A stretch of DNA of 64,000 nucleotides. Origin: a virus. Positions 9,309-20,943 of the stretch are shown here, in pieces (position 1 is the stretch's first letter; the number at the start of each line of letters is the position of its first letter). The notes under the pieces are model-generated. The model searched no databases. It had not been told where the DNA came from and worked only from the letters and a program-made list of their open reading frames with translations. The stretch spans positions 3,050 to 67,049 of the IMG/VR virus record IMGVR_UViG_3300044699_000063, one strand, 5' to 3'. A program made the position numbers and the translations under genes.

Positions 9309-9811
9309 ATGGCCGGACGAGATGTAACCCCGATCCAGACCCAGTTCGAACGCGTCACCGACGCCCGCGACCTTCTCGATCAGATGCTCGCTGACTGTTC
9401 GACTGCGACCGAACTGATCGACGCCAGCACGAGTGCCGCAGAACTGCTGGACCGGATGAAGATCGTGTCGAGCAGCATCGACGGCAAGCTGCGCGCACTC
9501 GCGGCCAGCGGGCCAGTGTCACCGAGACCGGGACGCTACGCCTGGGTGAAGAACCGAAGCGCAAGATGCGCCCACAGGGCAAGGTGCTCGTGCGGCGGCG
9601 TATCGCTGATCTAGCCAAGGCTCGCTCCCAGGGGAACTCTCCGAGGCGCTGATCCTTGCCATCGAGCTGACCGAACGGGCGTACGCGTCACCGTCGACCA
9701 ACCCGAAGTGGGGAGTCCTACAGGACTCGGCTTCCACTCCTGGGACGAGGTGCCGACACCGAAACGGTAGTCAAAGGGGCCGTGTTCGAACCAAGAAAGG
9801 AGGAAAGTGAC
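9309..9811 (+). CDS. Hypothetical protein (frameshifted)
   Basis: Coding-like segments in successive frames. Ends approximate. Confidence 0.4.
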
Positions 9812-10190
9812 ATGGCAACAACGACGCCAGAAGCGTCGACGACAGACGTTGTGCTGGACCCTCGGTCTCTGCTCGTTCGCGCTCGTAACGGTCTTATGGC
9901 CCGGCCCCGGATTCCTGGCCCTCGGCGTCCTCCTCGTAGCCGATGTGAGCGGAGCGTTCTCGCGCTCCTCTTCGACGTCCAACCTCTCCTCGACAAGATC
10001 GAGGCGGACTCGGACCTCCAACGGTCGGCGATCTCGGGTGTGACCCGACGGTCCTCGCTCGGTGGCGCAAGACGGGGATGAGGATCGAGATGGCTGAACA
10101 GTGGGCGGAACGCCTCGGCTTCTTCCCCTTCGAAATCTGGCCCGACTACCACCTTCGCATCGACGCGATCTACCGAGAGGCAGTGAATGA
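9812..10190 (+). CDS. Putative HTH DNA-binding protein (frameshifted)
   Basis: RBS AAGGAGG; ...MAEQWAERLGFFPFEIWPDY resembles the end of a Cro/XRE-like HTH protein. Confidence 0.4.
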
Positions 10191-10754
10191 TGGCACGCAC
10201 CGAGTCCAGAACGCCAACGACGCCGTGATCGTCGCGGCTGACGCGTGGTACCAGTGGTACGCGGCCATCGCGTCGGTCGGACCCAGCGCGCAGCCGGACT
10301 CCTGGCTGGTTCTGAGGGATGCCGTCGAACGTCGACGGACTGCTGTCTCCCGCCAGAACCTCTCGGAACGTTCGGTGTACCTGCGCACCGACGCCACCGA
10401 GTCCGAACGGGACGCCGCCCGCCGGGCGATGATCTCGCGGCCGGATGGCGGCAGTGCATCTACAAGATCATCCAGGTCTACACCGCCAAGTACGGAGGCA
10501 TCTCCGACCAAGGCCTCGAAGACTTCTGCACCGGACGACGCGGCACGACCCGCAACATGGAGGTGCGTGCGGCCGACGGCTCCCTCATCGTCCCCATCCT
10601 CATCCCTGACCGGCCAATCAAGCATCAGACGATCTCGTCGGCACGCAAGAGCCTGGTGGACGCCGGGCTGGTCGAGTGGAGCGGCGGCTACAACGTCGCA
10701 GCCGCGCAGCGCGGCAAGCACATGATCTGGAAGACGACGAGGTGGACGCCATGA
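10187..10754 (+). CDS. Putative winged-helix DNA-binding protein (frameshifted)
   Basis: C-terminal HQTISSARKSLVDAGLVEWSG. Confidence 0.45.
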
Positions 10755-10933
10755 ACAACCAACAATTGAAGGGCTGCGTCGCGACACTCGACGTGCGCCT
10801 CTGGGCGTTGAAGCAGGCACTGGACGAGATGCCTCAGCGGACCCCCGACGTCGAGTTCCAGTTCGACCGCGTACGCCGCGGCTTCGAGAAGCTGGCTCGA
10901 ACCGTCGAGGTTGTGACGTCGGAGCGACCATGA
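10751..10933 (+). CDS. Hypothetical protein
   Basis: ATGA-coupled. Confidence 0.55.
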   Translation: MNNQQLKGCVATLDVRLWALKQALDEMPQRTPDVEFQFDRVRRGFEKLARTVEVVTSERP

Positions 10934-11184
10934 GCCTCGATGAACAAGACGCCGCCGACGTTGCAGAGATGGAAGTGACTGGCGAGAACGGCCCGTTTGT
11001 CGTCATCGTCACCTACCCTCCCGACTTCTCGACGAAGGCATGGGGTTCATTCGCCTCTGCACCGGAAGCAATCGAATGGGGCGAAGATCACTGTGGCACG
11101 CTCAACCGGATGTATTCGGCTGTCCACATCGCCACAGCCGCCAGCTACGCGCTCTACGCGTTGCGTGACCCCGAAGGACTTTGA
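10930..11184 (+). CDS. Hypothetical protein
   Basis: ATGA-coupled, 84 aa. Confidence 0.6.
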   Translation: MSLDEQDAADVAEMEVTGENGPFVVIVTYPPDFSTKAWGSFASAPEAIEWGEDHCGTLNRMYSAVHIATAASYALYALRDPEGL

Positions 11185-11462
11185 CCCATGTCAGACAACA
11201 ACCTCTACACATTCACCCCGAAGAAATGCACCGCTTCTCTGAACACGCTGCCCGAGGTGGGAAGTTCGTGATCATCGGCCGCGCCATCATGTCCGGCAGC
11301 ACCCGAGCGTGCGGCCCGTACACCCTCGACGAAGCCTTCGACAATCTCGCTGAGATATCTACACGCCTCAGTCAGAGCGCCCCGGCACCGGACGGAACCG
11401 CCATCCTCTCCCACTTCATCTTCGAACTGATCCCGTTCGAAACCGACATGGAGGTCGTGTGA
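11181..11462 (+). CDS. Hypothetical protein
   Basis: Coupled ORF, 93 aa. Confidence 0.55.
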   Translation: MTHVRQQPLHIHPEEMHRFSEHAARGGKFVIIGRAIMSGSTRACGPYTLDEAFDNLAEISTRLSQSAPAPDGTAILSHFIFELIPFETDMEVV

Positions 11463-11621
11463 TGAAGTGCGACGTCGGACCCTGTCGCCGCGAGGCCAGG
11501 TGTTCGTCACCTTCACCGCTTCCGGAGCAACCACCCCCTACTGCGACTGGCACGCCTACGACCGCCAGGGCAATCTGCGGTGGTCTTCGGAGGCGGTGGC
11601 TGCAACGGAGCGCATCTCGTA

Positions 11622-12262
11622 ATGTCGAACGAACGGGAGTTCCAGAACGCTGTCGTTGAAGCCTTACAGCTTCACCTGTACCTAGTGAACCACAACCCGA
11701 CGTCGGCCACGACAGCCGGGTTCCGCACGGTGCTCGACTATGACGCGCGGGGTTCTTCGACATCGTCGCCATGCGCCCGAGGCTCCTGTGATCGCCCTCG
11801 AACTGAAGGACGGTTCCAGACTGTCCTCAGATCAGAAGGACTGGCAGGAGCGGGGCGCGGGGATGGCAGGTACGCCTCCGTGCTCACGCCGCGTCAGATG
11901 CCAGCGTTCCTCGCTCACCTCGACGCGATCGACGAGCAGTATCCCGTCCCGCGAGGGTGGAAGGCCACCCTCACTTCCCGTTCGATGCGCCGCGGACTGA
12001 AGCGGCTCAACACCCAGGTCACCACCGGGGCCAAGAGCGCACCTGATGCTCGCCCCACGCCCATCGGCTCTGCCGTCACCGTCCAACTCCGGGACCCAGG
12101 TGTTCATCCTGCGAGGCGTCAACACCGACAGGTCATACACGGTCTATGGGCCGATGGCCTGGACGGGGTGAAGTGGGTTCCCCACCCGAAGTCACGCAAG
12201 CGCGTCTGCTTCCGTTCGATTCCCGCCACGTCCGTCTTGAAACTTGCCAAGGAATCCAGTGA
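11622..12262 (+). CDS. VRR-NUC / PD-(D/E)XK nuclease-domain protein (frameshifted)
   Basis: MSNEREFQNAVVEAL...GFFDIVA...IALELK...RLSSDQKDW reconstructed across frames. End approximate. Confidence 0.65.
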
Positions 12263-14589
12263 GCCGCGCCAAGATGGACCGAGAGGTCCGGGCAGAGGCA
12301 TCTACGGGATCGCCTCTGGCGGGCTGCGGGAGATGGGGATGTGTTCCTCGTCGCCACCGAGACGAGCGCTCGTGAGCGGCTGACCAAGTTCTTCCACGAG
12401 TATCTCTACCCGACCTCCCCGGTCGGGACCCTGGTGCGTTGCGGCTACGTCGACGTGGACCAGGCGCGCACCCTGTTGGAGTCCGTCGCTGACCAGATGA
12501 ATGGTTGGGCCGGGACTGTCCACGGCGAATGCCTCGACGTCTCCGTGACGGTCGAAGGTTCGCCACCCTGCGAGTCGGCATCTTCAAGTGCTGGTTCGGC
12601 CAGACCCAGCCATGCCAACCGGGCCGAACTCGTACTGGATTCCACCCCAAGTCCGCCTGCACCGCGGCGCAGAGCGCCAGCTGGACATTGCCGAGAGACG
12701 ACGAAGCGATGAGACCCTGGAACGACTTCACGAAGCTGCGTCCGATCGAGTTCGCCGTGCCCACGCTCGCCGTTCACGACCTGCTGTCCTACCGACTTCG
12801 GAATGGACGACGAGTGGGCGATGGCCGCACGCGAATCGTTGCTCCACGAACGGTCGTCGAAGAAGGTGGTCGACGTCGAACTCCATCTACACCCCGAGTC
12901 ACTGTGGCGATGGGCCGCTGGCTGAGGTCGCACTATCCGCGTCGCGACGCGCAGGACGCCCCGACCCGACGGCTCAACCGTGTCGGACAGAACGCACTGA
13001 ACGCTGCTGCGAGCTGGCAACAGCACGCATGGGTTCAACGGCAAGGCGCTGCGCGGCTCACACGCCGACGTCCAGCTGCCCGCTGGACCGACGGGTTCTT
13101 CCTCGCTGCATTCAGCGGGGCACCCCGTTCGACCTGTCATCCTCGTCGCCGAAGTGGCGAGGGGGCAATGGGTCGATCACCCGATTCCGGATCGAGGAGG
13201 TCCATGGACGAAGTGAAAACCACAGACGCTGTTACCAACGGCGCTGGCGCCCAATGCCGGAGACGCAGACAACGCCAACAAACCTCCGCCGCCGTCGCCT
13301 CGCCACCCGCGCGCTGCGCTGGGTGCGCGAGAACCGACCCGACGTGATCGAACTTCTAGAGCAAGAAATGAACGATGGACAAGACTGACGCTCTCGCCCG
13401 TAAGAGTCTGATCTCCCAACTCCGCGAGGCGGCGTGGGAGAGCCTGCCCCGGAAGAGGCGATCAAGGCGATCGAACTCGAAACCTCGACCGACTTCGAGC
13501 GCCTCATCACATGGCCGATTGACCCAGCGACACATCGACAAGGTTCTCTGGCACGGCCGCACGAAACTGAGCTGGCGTCGTCGCCATGACGGGACGCATC
13601 CCACCGGCGCGCCGACCGAAGAAGCGATTGATGAAGAACGAGGGCCTCGGACCCATTGTCTCTGGGGACGTCATCAACCGCACCGTCGAACACCTCAACC
13701 ACCGCTCAACGATTAAGGCTGTTGCAGCTTCTCGTCCACGTCGTCAACAACATGCACGACCCATTACGGGTGGCGCTCGGCGAAGCTCCCGTCATCTGCC
13801 TCACCGAAGCGCAAACGATGGCTCTGTGGTTCTCTGAGCACCGAGCACATCACACCCCTCCGGCGTTCGTGGATGGGCTGTTCGTGATGTTCAACAGCCC
13901 GATCAGGTTTGTCACCGACGCCGAAGGGCGCGCCTGTTGACCGTAACTCGAAGACGAACTCCCTGAGTTCGAGGACGACGAAGACGCTGATCTCGATCTG
14001 CTCGGCGTCCTGTACCACGGCCCAGGCGCAGACACCTGCACCCTGCTGACTCGGTCGACCTTGCACAATCGACCAGCGCTGGTGACCAACATCAGCCTCA
14101 CGACGTTGGTCGACAGTGGCGATGGCACGATGTCAGCCACAGCGCGTGCCGCCAAGATGCTGCTGTCCGACGATGGCCGTGGGTACGTGGCGCTTCGGGC
14201 TGGAGACGGAGACCCCTGTCGACCTGGTCCCCGACCGCGCCGAACGTTCGGCGACGGGATCGAGCGATTGCCAAGCGTGAACGCACACCTTCACAGGTGA
14301 CCGTGCGCTACCTGCGGGACCGGACCGGTCGATCAAGATGCGCTCCGAACGCAAAGACCGGTCGCACCGTCGCGCCCCACCTGCGCATCGGTCACTTCCG
14401 CGACATGCGGACCGGTTCCATGTCGCTTGCCATGGCGCAGCGCTCCCCCGTCCACGTCTACATCCCGCCGTGCATCGTCAAAACGGCCACCTCGGGACCC
14501 CGAAGGAGATTGGTCGTCTACATGGAGAGGCGGTCGAGGTCCTCGGGCATCTCGGTCCTGCGGAGAACCATTCTTCGATCATCTCGTAA
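12259..14589 (+). other. Run of several small frameshifted hypothetical genes
   Basis: Coding-like fragments (e.g. 12341-12712, 13375-, 13752-13940, 14061-14589) whose boundaries cannot be resolved. Confidence 0.4.
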
Positions 14590-16265
14590 CGGTCCGGCTC
14601 GTTGAACTCGCGTCCCAGTAGGGCGCGACGGGCGACGGGAGTCATCCGTCTTGTGGGCATGACCACTTCCGCAAACGGCAGGTTGGAACCACCCAGAGCC
14701 AGGGTGCGGAACCCCAGCGCGGGCGGCGTCCACCTGGTCGTCGTGGCGTCCAGCGAGGAACACGCGATGTTCTTCGACGAACGCTTCGACGTCCCAGGGT
14801 GCCGTCACGCTACCAGGTAGACCAACCCGTTGCCTTGATGGGCGGCGTACCCGGCGGCTCGCACGTCCTTCTTGCCCGACACTGGTTCCGGCGTGAAGCG
14901 GTAGCCCATCAGCTTCTTGGCGAAGATCGTCGAGTTCGACTTGCCGGACGCACCCTTCTCTTCTTCCATCGCGATGATCGTGTCGAACCCGTCCTGATCG
15001 GCGGTGAGCATCACCAAGTTCTGCACTCCCGCCGGATCGAGGCGGTCGCGCACCACGTTCAGCACGTACACCTCGCCGTTGAACCGAGACCATCAGCACG
15101 CCGACCGTGTAGTCGCCCTTGCGCAGTGAGGCGGAGAGGTTCCCAGGCCCGCACCCTGAACATGATCTGTTCAGGGCGGACCATTTCCCACGTACCGCCA
15201 CCGGTCGACCTTGAACGACCCGCCCTCCTTCGGCGTCGGGTTCTGCTGCCACAACGCCTCCCACGACTTTGCTGCCCACGATTCTCGGCCAGCGTGCGTA
15301 CCTGGGTCAGCTGCTTCAAACCCGTACGCTGAGGCCACAGCGGCTCGCTTCCTTGCGCCCGAGTCTCAGTCCCGCCAGTCCCTGCGGAACGCCTCGTACC
15401 ACTCGTCCAGCATCTCTGAACGCCACTGATCGACCATTCCTCGACCGTCTCGGCCCACCCATCGGGTGGAGAAGGAGGATCGCCGAACTCGACGTCGTCG
15501 GGTGGTGGTGGGCATCAGCGAGAGCGGGAAACGCACGATCTCCCAGTCATCCATCCACCGCATCCAGCCCATCGGGGTCTTCGACGTGGTGGCAGATGCG
15601 CCCGGCCAGATCGTCTTCACGCCACCTGCGCTTGGGCGAGGATCATCAGCCCGCCCGGTTCGAGACGGTTGCGCAGCGTCTCGTAGTACCAGACCTCCTG
15701 GTTGTTCATCTCGGTGGGAGAGTCGGCCTGGTCGGGTCCTTGATCGTGTCGTCGATGATGATGACGTGCGCGCCTTCACTGTGATCATGTCCGCCGATGC
15801 CGACGCAACGCAACTCGGAGCCGTTCGTCAGCCCCCAGAACGCTCAGCCTCTTGTCCTTCTCAACGGTGCAGCCGAACAGCGACGTGTGCCCACTCCCGC
15901 GCCAGGTCCATCGCCGCCTTCCCCCAGCGTCGAGCGCGGTCATCGGAGTAGGTGACGAACAGCACCTTGATCCCCGGGAACACGCCCATCAGCCACGGTG
16001 CCAGGTAGCGGGCGAGGAAGAACGACTTGCCGTGGCGCACCGGGACGACACGGCCAGGAACTGCCATGTCGCCAGCGGGCCATCGACTGTGGGTGGCCGA
16101 TGCGGAACTTGTCCAACACCCGGTCGGCCATGTAGTTCAGGTGTGGTGCGCGCACGTGCTGGCCGCGGCTCGTGTACTCCATGAAGGTGATCGGAGACCC
16201 GATGATCTCAGCTTCGCCTTCAGTTCCGGGTCTAATCCGTGGTGGTCAGGAAGAATCTCCGTCAT
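14580..16265 (-). CDS. terL: Terminase large subunit (multiple frameshifts)
   Basis: Walker A PVRHGKS, Walker B IIIDD, WEALWQQNPTP, nuclease motifs VRAWD, GDYTVG, EEEKGASGK and HDDQVDA. 3' end approximate. Confidence 0.92.
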
Positions 16266-16675
16266 CAATCACTTCTGCGTCGATGATCTCGGGGAGTTCG
16301 TGAAGTCGTTCAGTCTGTGACGGGGCCTGGTCGCTCATCAGTAGTTCCTTGACGACGTTGACGGTCCAGCTGCGCCACCTGCACGGTCGGGGTCTGCCGT
16401 CCGGGCCTGGGCGACGGACTGTGTCGCCAGTTCCGGCGCGCCGCGTCGGTAGAACATTCGGCCGCGCGCATGTCGCCAGTCACAACGCCCGCTCGTACAC
16501 GACACGGTGGACGCTTCGACCATCAGCATGAACGCCTCTTCGTACGACGCCTTGAAGTCGCGCGTCGGAGTCGCAAGCATGGCGTCGATGGTACTCGCAC
16601 CGACCAGCCCAGCTTCTTCGCCGCCTCCGCCTCGGGGATGCCCTTGGCGATCAAGCGCAGTAGGCGTCCTGCATC
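16246..16675 (-). CDS. Putative terminase small subunit (frameshifted)
   Basis: Directly upstream of TerL; N-terminal HTH (LIAKGIPEAEAAKKLG), FKASYEEA, and an acidic IIDAEVID C-terminus. Confidence 0.6.
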
Positions 16676-16938
16676 GTGAAGTCGACAAGGGCGGTGCTCA
16701 CCGCGGAGCCTCCAAGCCTGATCTTCCATCCATGCCAGGAACTCATCCGGCTCGCCAGACCATCGTCCACTCCGACCCGATCACTTCGCGGGGGCCGGGA
16801 GACGACCCAACGGACATACCGCCACACTGTCGAACGGGACAGGCCTATGACCTCCGCGATCTTGGCGCTCCCCCACAGTTCAATTCGTCGCAACGGTGGT
16901 GCTCACAGCACCAACTTACTGATCTTCGTCCCCGACAT
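16670..16938 (-). CDS. HTH DNA-binding protein (may be the N-terminus of TerS)
   Basis: SAKIAEVIGLSRSTVWRY. Confidence 0.55.
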
Positions 16939-16939
16939 G

Positions 16940-17590
16940 GTAAGCCTATCCCCGAGCATCTGACTGGGGGGACCTCACCATCTCTTCGTCGACGAGCGTC
17001 GACTAGGTCGAGCACGAGGTCTTCGTCGAAGTCCGGTTCAGGCACCACAGCCTGGGGCTTCGGGGCGGGGGGATCGGTCGGGCGGCGGCGCGGACGGGGC
17101 GCCTGGAGCGGCACGGTCGAGGCGTTCGAGGATTTCTCCGGCGGCATCCAGTTCGGAGGCGTAACCCCGTTCGACCAGCGTCCGGCCCCACCGTTCGGGG
17201 CACTTCGCGGTCGTCGCCCGGACGCATCCGGTTGCCGCGTCCGTCCGTGACATTGATGTGGCCTTGACCCGCATGATGAGTTCTCCGATCAGGTGAGGGA
17301 ACCGCTCTCTAGTTCGAACCGTGTGCCGATCAGATACCCGCCCACGTCCCCATGTCTTCGGGATACTCGAAGGCGTACGCCCGCGCACCAAACACGCGGT
17401 GCGGGCAGCGCGAACGGCACACGCCGACAGCCTTGCCCGTTCCCAATCGCCATCGAGGCCAGCGCTTGTCGGAGTACCACCACTGAGGGCTGACGTCTGG
17501 ACCGAGACACGGCCGCTCCACACGCTTCAGGTACACCCGGACCGGCGTGAGCGCCGTGTCGTCGTGGAGGGGCGTCGTCAGAACCGGATC
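16940..17590 (-). CDS. WhiB-family Fe-S transcription factor with C-terminal extension (frameshifted)
   Basis: RPCLGPDVSPQWWY...AVGVCRSRCPHR...YAFEYPEDMGTWAG, with GTWAG as the G[IV]WGG equivalent. Confidence 0.65.
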
Positions 17591-17596
17591 GGCGCA

Positions 17597-17603
17597 TATT
17601 GTA
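17597..17603. promoter_or_regulatory. Overlapping bidirectional -10 elements
   Basis: TATTGT (+, 17597-17602; ATG at 17609) overlaps TACAAT (-, 17598-17603). Confidence 0.55.
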
Positions 17604-17608
17604 AGAAC

Positions 17609-18098
17609 ATGCCCGTTCTTTCCCAGGTGTACTCGCCGCCCTTGACACAGCGTTCATGGCGCAGGTCGTGTCGAAGACAAAGTCACCAAGCCGATCCGCG
17701 ACTGGGTGTACCGCCAGGGGTGGAAGCCGGGACGCGTGTGGGCTGAGAGCCAGGAAGGCGACCCGATCCGTTCAACGGGGCCAAAGCGCAACCCGTTCTG
17801 GAAGTTCCTCGAAGGCGTCGTCGAGTGCTACCGCTGCTCCGGCGTGTGGCTGTCGATTCTGGCGACGTTCATGGTGCAGGCACGCTGGCCGTGGACGGGC
17901 GGATGGAACGGAATACGCGAGTTCGTCGTCGTCATGTTCGCCGCTTCGATCACCCAGTTCGCACTGATGACCTTCGTCTACAACGCCCAGAACGAACCCG
18001 ACATGCTCGAAGACGTCGCCCAGGAACTGAAGCAACCCCTCGTAACCCAGAACTACTACACGCGCCCGGTGACCCTCGATGACGAAGACACTGACTGA
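17609..18098 (+). CDS. DUF1360-like membrane protein (5' frameshifts)
   Basis: DKVTKPIRDW...VVECYRCSGVW followed by hydrophobic segments. Confidence 0.65.
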
Positions 18099-18361
18099 CG
18101 CCGTCCGATCCAAGGCGATCGTCTCCGACGCCTGGGAGACGATCAAGCGTCGGTACAACGCATCACCGGCATGGGCCCTACATGGGTGTCGTGTCGATCG
18201 TCGATCGCCTGCTCGCCGAACGTCCGTCCCTCGACGGGCGGGATGTGGCAGATGCGATCGTCCTGTGCCGCGAGTTGGGGGAGACGACGACCGCCTCTAC
18301 CATCCGGCACAACCTCGACCGTGTCGCCAAAGGCCACGGTCGAAACGGTAGCTACACCTAA
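18079..18361 (+). CDS. Hypothetical protein (frameshifted)
   Basis: Fills the gap before the helicase; coding-like across frames. Confidence 0.4.
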
Positions 18362-18375
18362 CCAGGAGTCCCCTC

Positions 18376-19608
18376 ATGCCTGAACGTGTTCCCCCTTTCG
18401 ACATGGAAGCTGAACGCTCCGTTGTCGGCGCGATGTTGCTCGACCGCCAGGCGCGTCGTTCGGCCTTGGCCATGTGCAACCCGGCCGACTTCGCCTCGCC
18501 GCTGTGGCGCGATGCGGCAGCAGCGATGGTGCAAATGGATTCGACCGGTGAGGTGATCGACGCGATCTCTGTCGCGGCGGAATTGCGTCACCATGACGGA
18601 GAAGTGACAGCCCTCACCCAGCTGCTCGAAGCGCAGAACGCGTGCCCGGCGATCTCTCATGCCGAGCGGTACGCCGAGATCGTGCAGAACTGCGCGGCAC
18701 GGCGGCGGCTGATCACCCTCGCCGTTGAACTGTCCGAGATGGGCTACGCCAACTCGAACGTCTCGGAGATGCTCGACTTCGCCAAGCGGCGGTTGACCGA
18801 AACCTCGTTGCTCACGCCGGACGATCCGTTCGACGAACTGACCACGTTCGACCAGTTCCGCCAGCGGGTCTCAGACACTCCGCCGGAGTGGGCGATCGAA
18901 AACGTGCTGGCCGTCAGGGAACGGTGTCTGATCGTCGCTCCTGAAGGTGCTGGCAAGGGAGTGTTGATGCGGCAGATCGCGTCGGCGATCGGAGCGGGGC
19001 TTCATCCGTTCACGCAGCGCCCCCACCCGCGCCTTCCCGTCCTGTACCTCGACTTGGAGAACCCCGAACGCGTCGTGGCTGACCAGATCAATATGTCGTT
19101 CGAAGGCGGATCACATCTGATCGGCGATCCCGCGGCCGTCGACGCGTGGATGCTGCACCGGGAAGCCGGGATGAACCTGCGTACCACCGCCGATCAGGTC
19201 TACCTGGAACGAGCGATGCAGATCGTCAAGCCCAAGATTCTGTGCATCGGCCCGATCTACAAGGCGGCGCAGAAACGCTCGATGGAAGGCTGGGAGGAAG
19301 CCGCCGTTGATCTGCTGCGGGTCCTCGACGACTTCCGCGTCCGGTTCAACTGCGCGCTGATCATGGAGCACCATGCCCCTCGCGGTTCAGGCATCCGAGA
19401 GTTGGTGCCGTTCGGTTCGACCGCATGGCAGCGCTGGCCGGAGTTCGGTTTGAAACTCGAACCCGACGGCGCTGACCGACAGGGCCGTCCGCTGGCTCTG
19501 AACATCGGCCGCTTCCGTGGCGACCGCACCGACGGGCAGTGGCCCGACCGGCTTGTGCGCGGCGAAGGCCGCAACCTGCCGTGGATTCCCCAACTGCGAC
19601 CCCGCTGA
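18376..19608 (+). CDS. Replicative helicase: DnaB N-terminal domain + RecA-like AAA (RepA/AAA_25-type) domain
   Basis: PPFDMEAERSVVGAMLL (DnaB-N), Walker A APEGAGKG, LYLDLEN, LIMEHH, FGSTAW. Confidence 0.88.
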   Translation: MPERVPPFDMEAERSVVGAMLLDRQARRSALAMCNPADFASPLWRDAAAAMVQMDSTGEVIDAISVAAELRHHDGEVTALTQLLEAQNACPAISHAERYAEIVQNCAARRRLITLAVELSEMGYANSNVSEMLDFAKRRLTETSLLTPDDPFDELTTFDQFRQRVSDTPPEWAIENVLAVRERCLIVAPEGAGKGVLMRQIASAIGAGLHPFTQRPHPRLPVLYLDLENPERVVADQINMSFEGGSHLIGDPAAVDAWMLHREAGMNLRTTADQVYLERAMQIVKPKILCIGPIYKAAQKRSMEGWEEAAVDLLRVLDDFRVRFNCALIMEHHAPRGSGIRELVPFGSTAWQRWPEFGLKLEPDGADRQGRPLALNIGRFRGDRTDGQWPDRLVRGEGRNLPWIPQLRPR

Positions 19609-19623
19609 AAGTAGGTTCCTACC

Positions 19624-19902
19624 GTGGCAAAGCTGAGTGATCAGACCGTGTGGCTCGACCGGCGCACAGTGGCGACCCACGCCACTGTCGACGTGGACGG
19701 CGACACCGTGACCGTGTCATCTCCGAGCGGGATGACGTGGACGTACGAGATCGTCGAGCAGGTCCGTGAGTTGATGGCATGGGACGTTGACCGAGATGGA
19801 CGCCGGGTGCGTCTTGTCGCCCAGAACGACTGCGGGTGTGGCGGTGGACCGAAGCGGTACCGCCCAGACGAGACCTACTCCGGCGCACTACCGGTGCGGT
19901 GA
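19624..19902 (+). CDS. Hypothetical protein
   Basis: 92-aa ORF with a CGCGG motif. Confidence 0.6.
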   Translation: MAKLSDQTVWLDRRTVATHATVDVDGDTVTVSSPSGMTWTYEIVEQVRELMAWDVDRDGRRVRLVAQNDCGCGGGPKRYRPDETYSGALPVR

Positions 19903-19974
19903 CGCGCAACCGCTCCGACCCTGGCCCTCGCCAACACAGGATCGGAGCGGTGCAACCCCCACTCTAGATGTTCG

Positions 19975-20943
19975 TCACGCACCCCACGGTGAGCCGAAGG
20001 GTGCGCCAGGAGCGCAGTCGGTGTGGTGGTGGAACGGCGCGACGTGCGTCTGCGCTGTCAGCTGCTTCGGCGTGTTGCGTGCGGCAGTCCACGAGACGTC
20101 TCTGCGGTAGACGTAGCCGGGGAAGATCAGCTTCCCTGACGGATACTTCAGGTTGCCGAGCACCATCGTCACCAGCCGGTCGCGACCGCGGAACGTGAAG
20201 TCGCGGGTCTGCGTCACGCCGTCGATCTCCTGCTGCATGGTCATCTTCACTGCCGGGAACCACTGAGCGCGTTCGTACAGGTAGTCCCAGTTCTGGTCGA
20301 GCATCAGGATTTCATCCGGCTCGATGATCCGGTCCTTGTCCTGATCGCCCATGTCGTCTCCGGCTACGCCGAGCGCGTGACGTGACAGCGACGAGGTGCC
20401 GACCTGATTGCGGTTGACCGCACCTTCCCAGCCGAGCGAGCGGCGGTACTTCGCTTCCAAGACGTCGGACAGCCGCTGTCCTTCGCGGGTGAGACCGATC
20501 GAGTTCACGCGCACCTGTGGACGCAGGTACTGGTTGTGACCCTTGACGATCGCTGGGCCACCCGGCTTGATGTTCGTCGTCGTCAACGAGCACGGCTTCC
20601 AGCTGCGACCGTCGAGACCGAACACGCGCCAGTCGATGTCGTTCATCGTGAAGATGTCCAACTTGCCAGTGCGCGGGAGTCCCGCGGCCTCCTGGAAGAC
20701 GGCTTCGGCGTTGACGGTCTGCGGTCCGCGTTGACCGTCAACGGTGAGCGGCTTCAGCCTGCCCCTGCTGTCCTTGACGGGCGGGCCTCCGAGGTCGACG
20801 TACTCCTGCTGGAAGCACCACACGGCGTCGTCGTACTTCGAGGACTGTTCGGCACGTTCCAGCTTGAACATCAGGTCGATGTCAGAGGCGGTGGTAGTTG
20901 AGTATTTGGTCGGCGAGTATCCCATCGCCCCAGAGTATGACAC
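19975..20943 (-). CDS. Endolysin: PG-binding domain + M15-like Zn peptidase
   Basis: LTVDGQRGPQT...FQEAAGLPRTG (PG_binding_1-like); SRHALGVAGD (SxHxxGxAxD) and a C-terminal HxH. Confidence 0.8.
   Translation of the reverse strand: MSYSGAMGYSPTKYSTTTASDIDLMFKLERAEQSSKYDDAVWCFQQEYVDLGGPPVKDSRGRLKPLTVDGQRGPQTVNAEAVFQEAAGLPRTGKLDIFTMNDIDWRVFGLDGRSWKPCSLTTTNIKPGGPAIVKGHNQYLRPQVRVNSIGLTREGQRLSDVLEAKYRRSLGWEGAVNRNQVGTSSLSRHALGVAGDDMGDQDKDRIIEPDEILMLDQNWDYLYERAQWFPAVKMTMQQEIDGVTQTRDFTFRGRDRLVTMVLGNLKYPSGKLIFPGYVYRRDVSWTAARNTPKQLTAQTHVAPFHHHTDCAPGAPFGSPWGA

Noticed and set aside
9705-9795. Hairpins plus GTTCGAACC resembling a tRNA
   Set aside because: No cloverleaf with a proper acceptor stem could be built, and the region reads as the coding end of the 9309-9811 gene.
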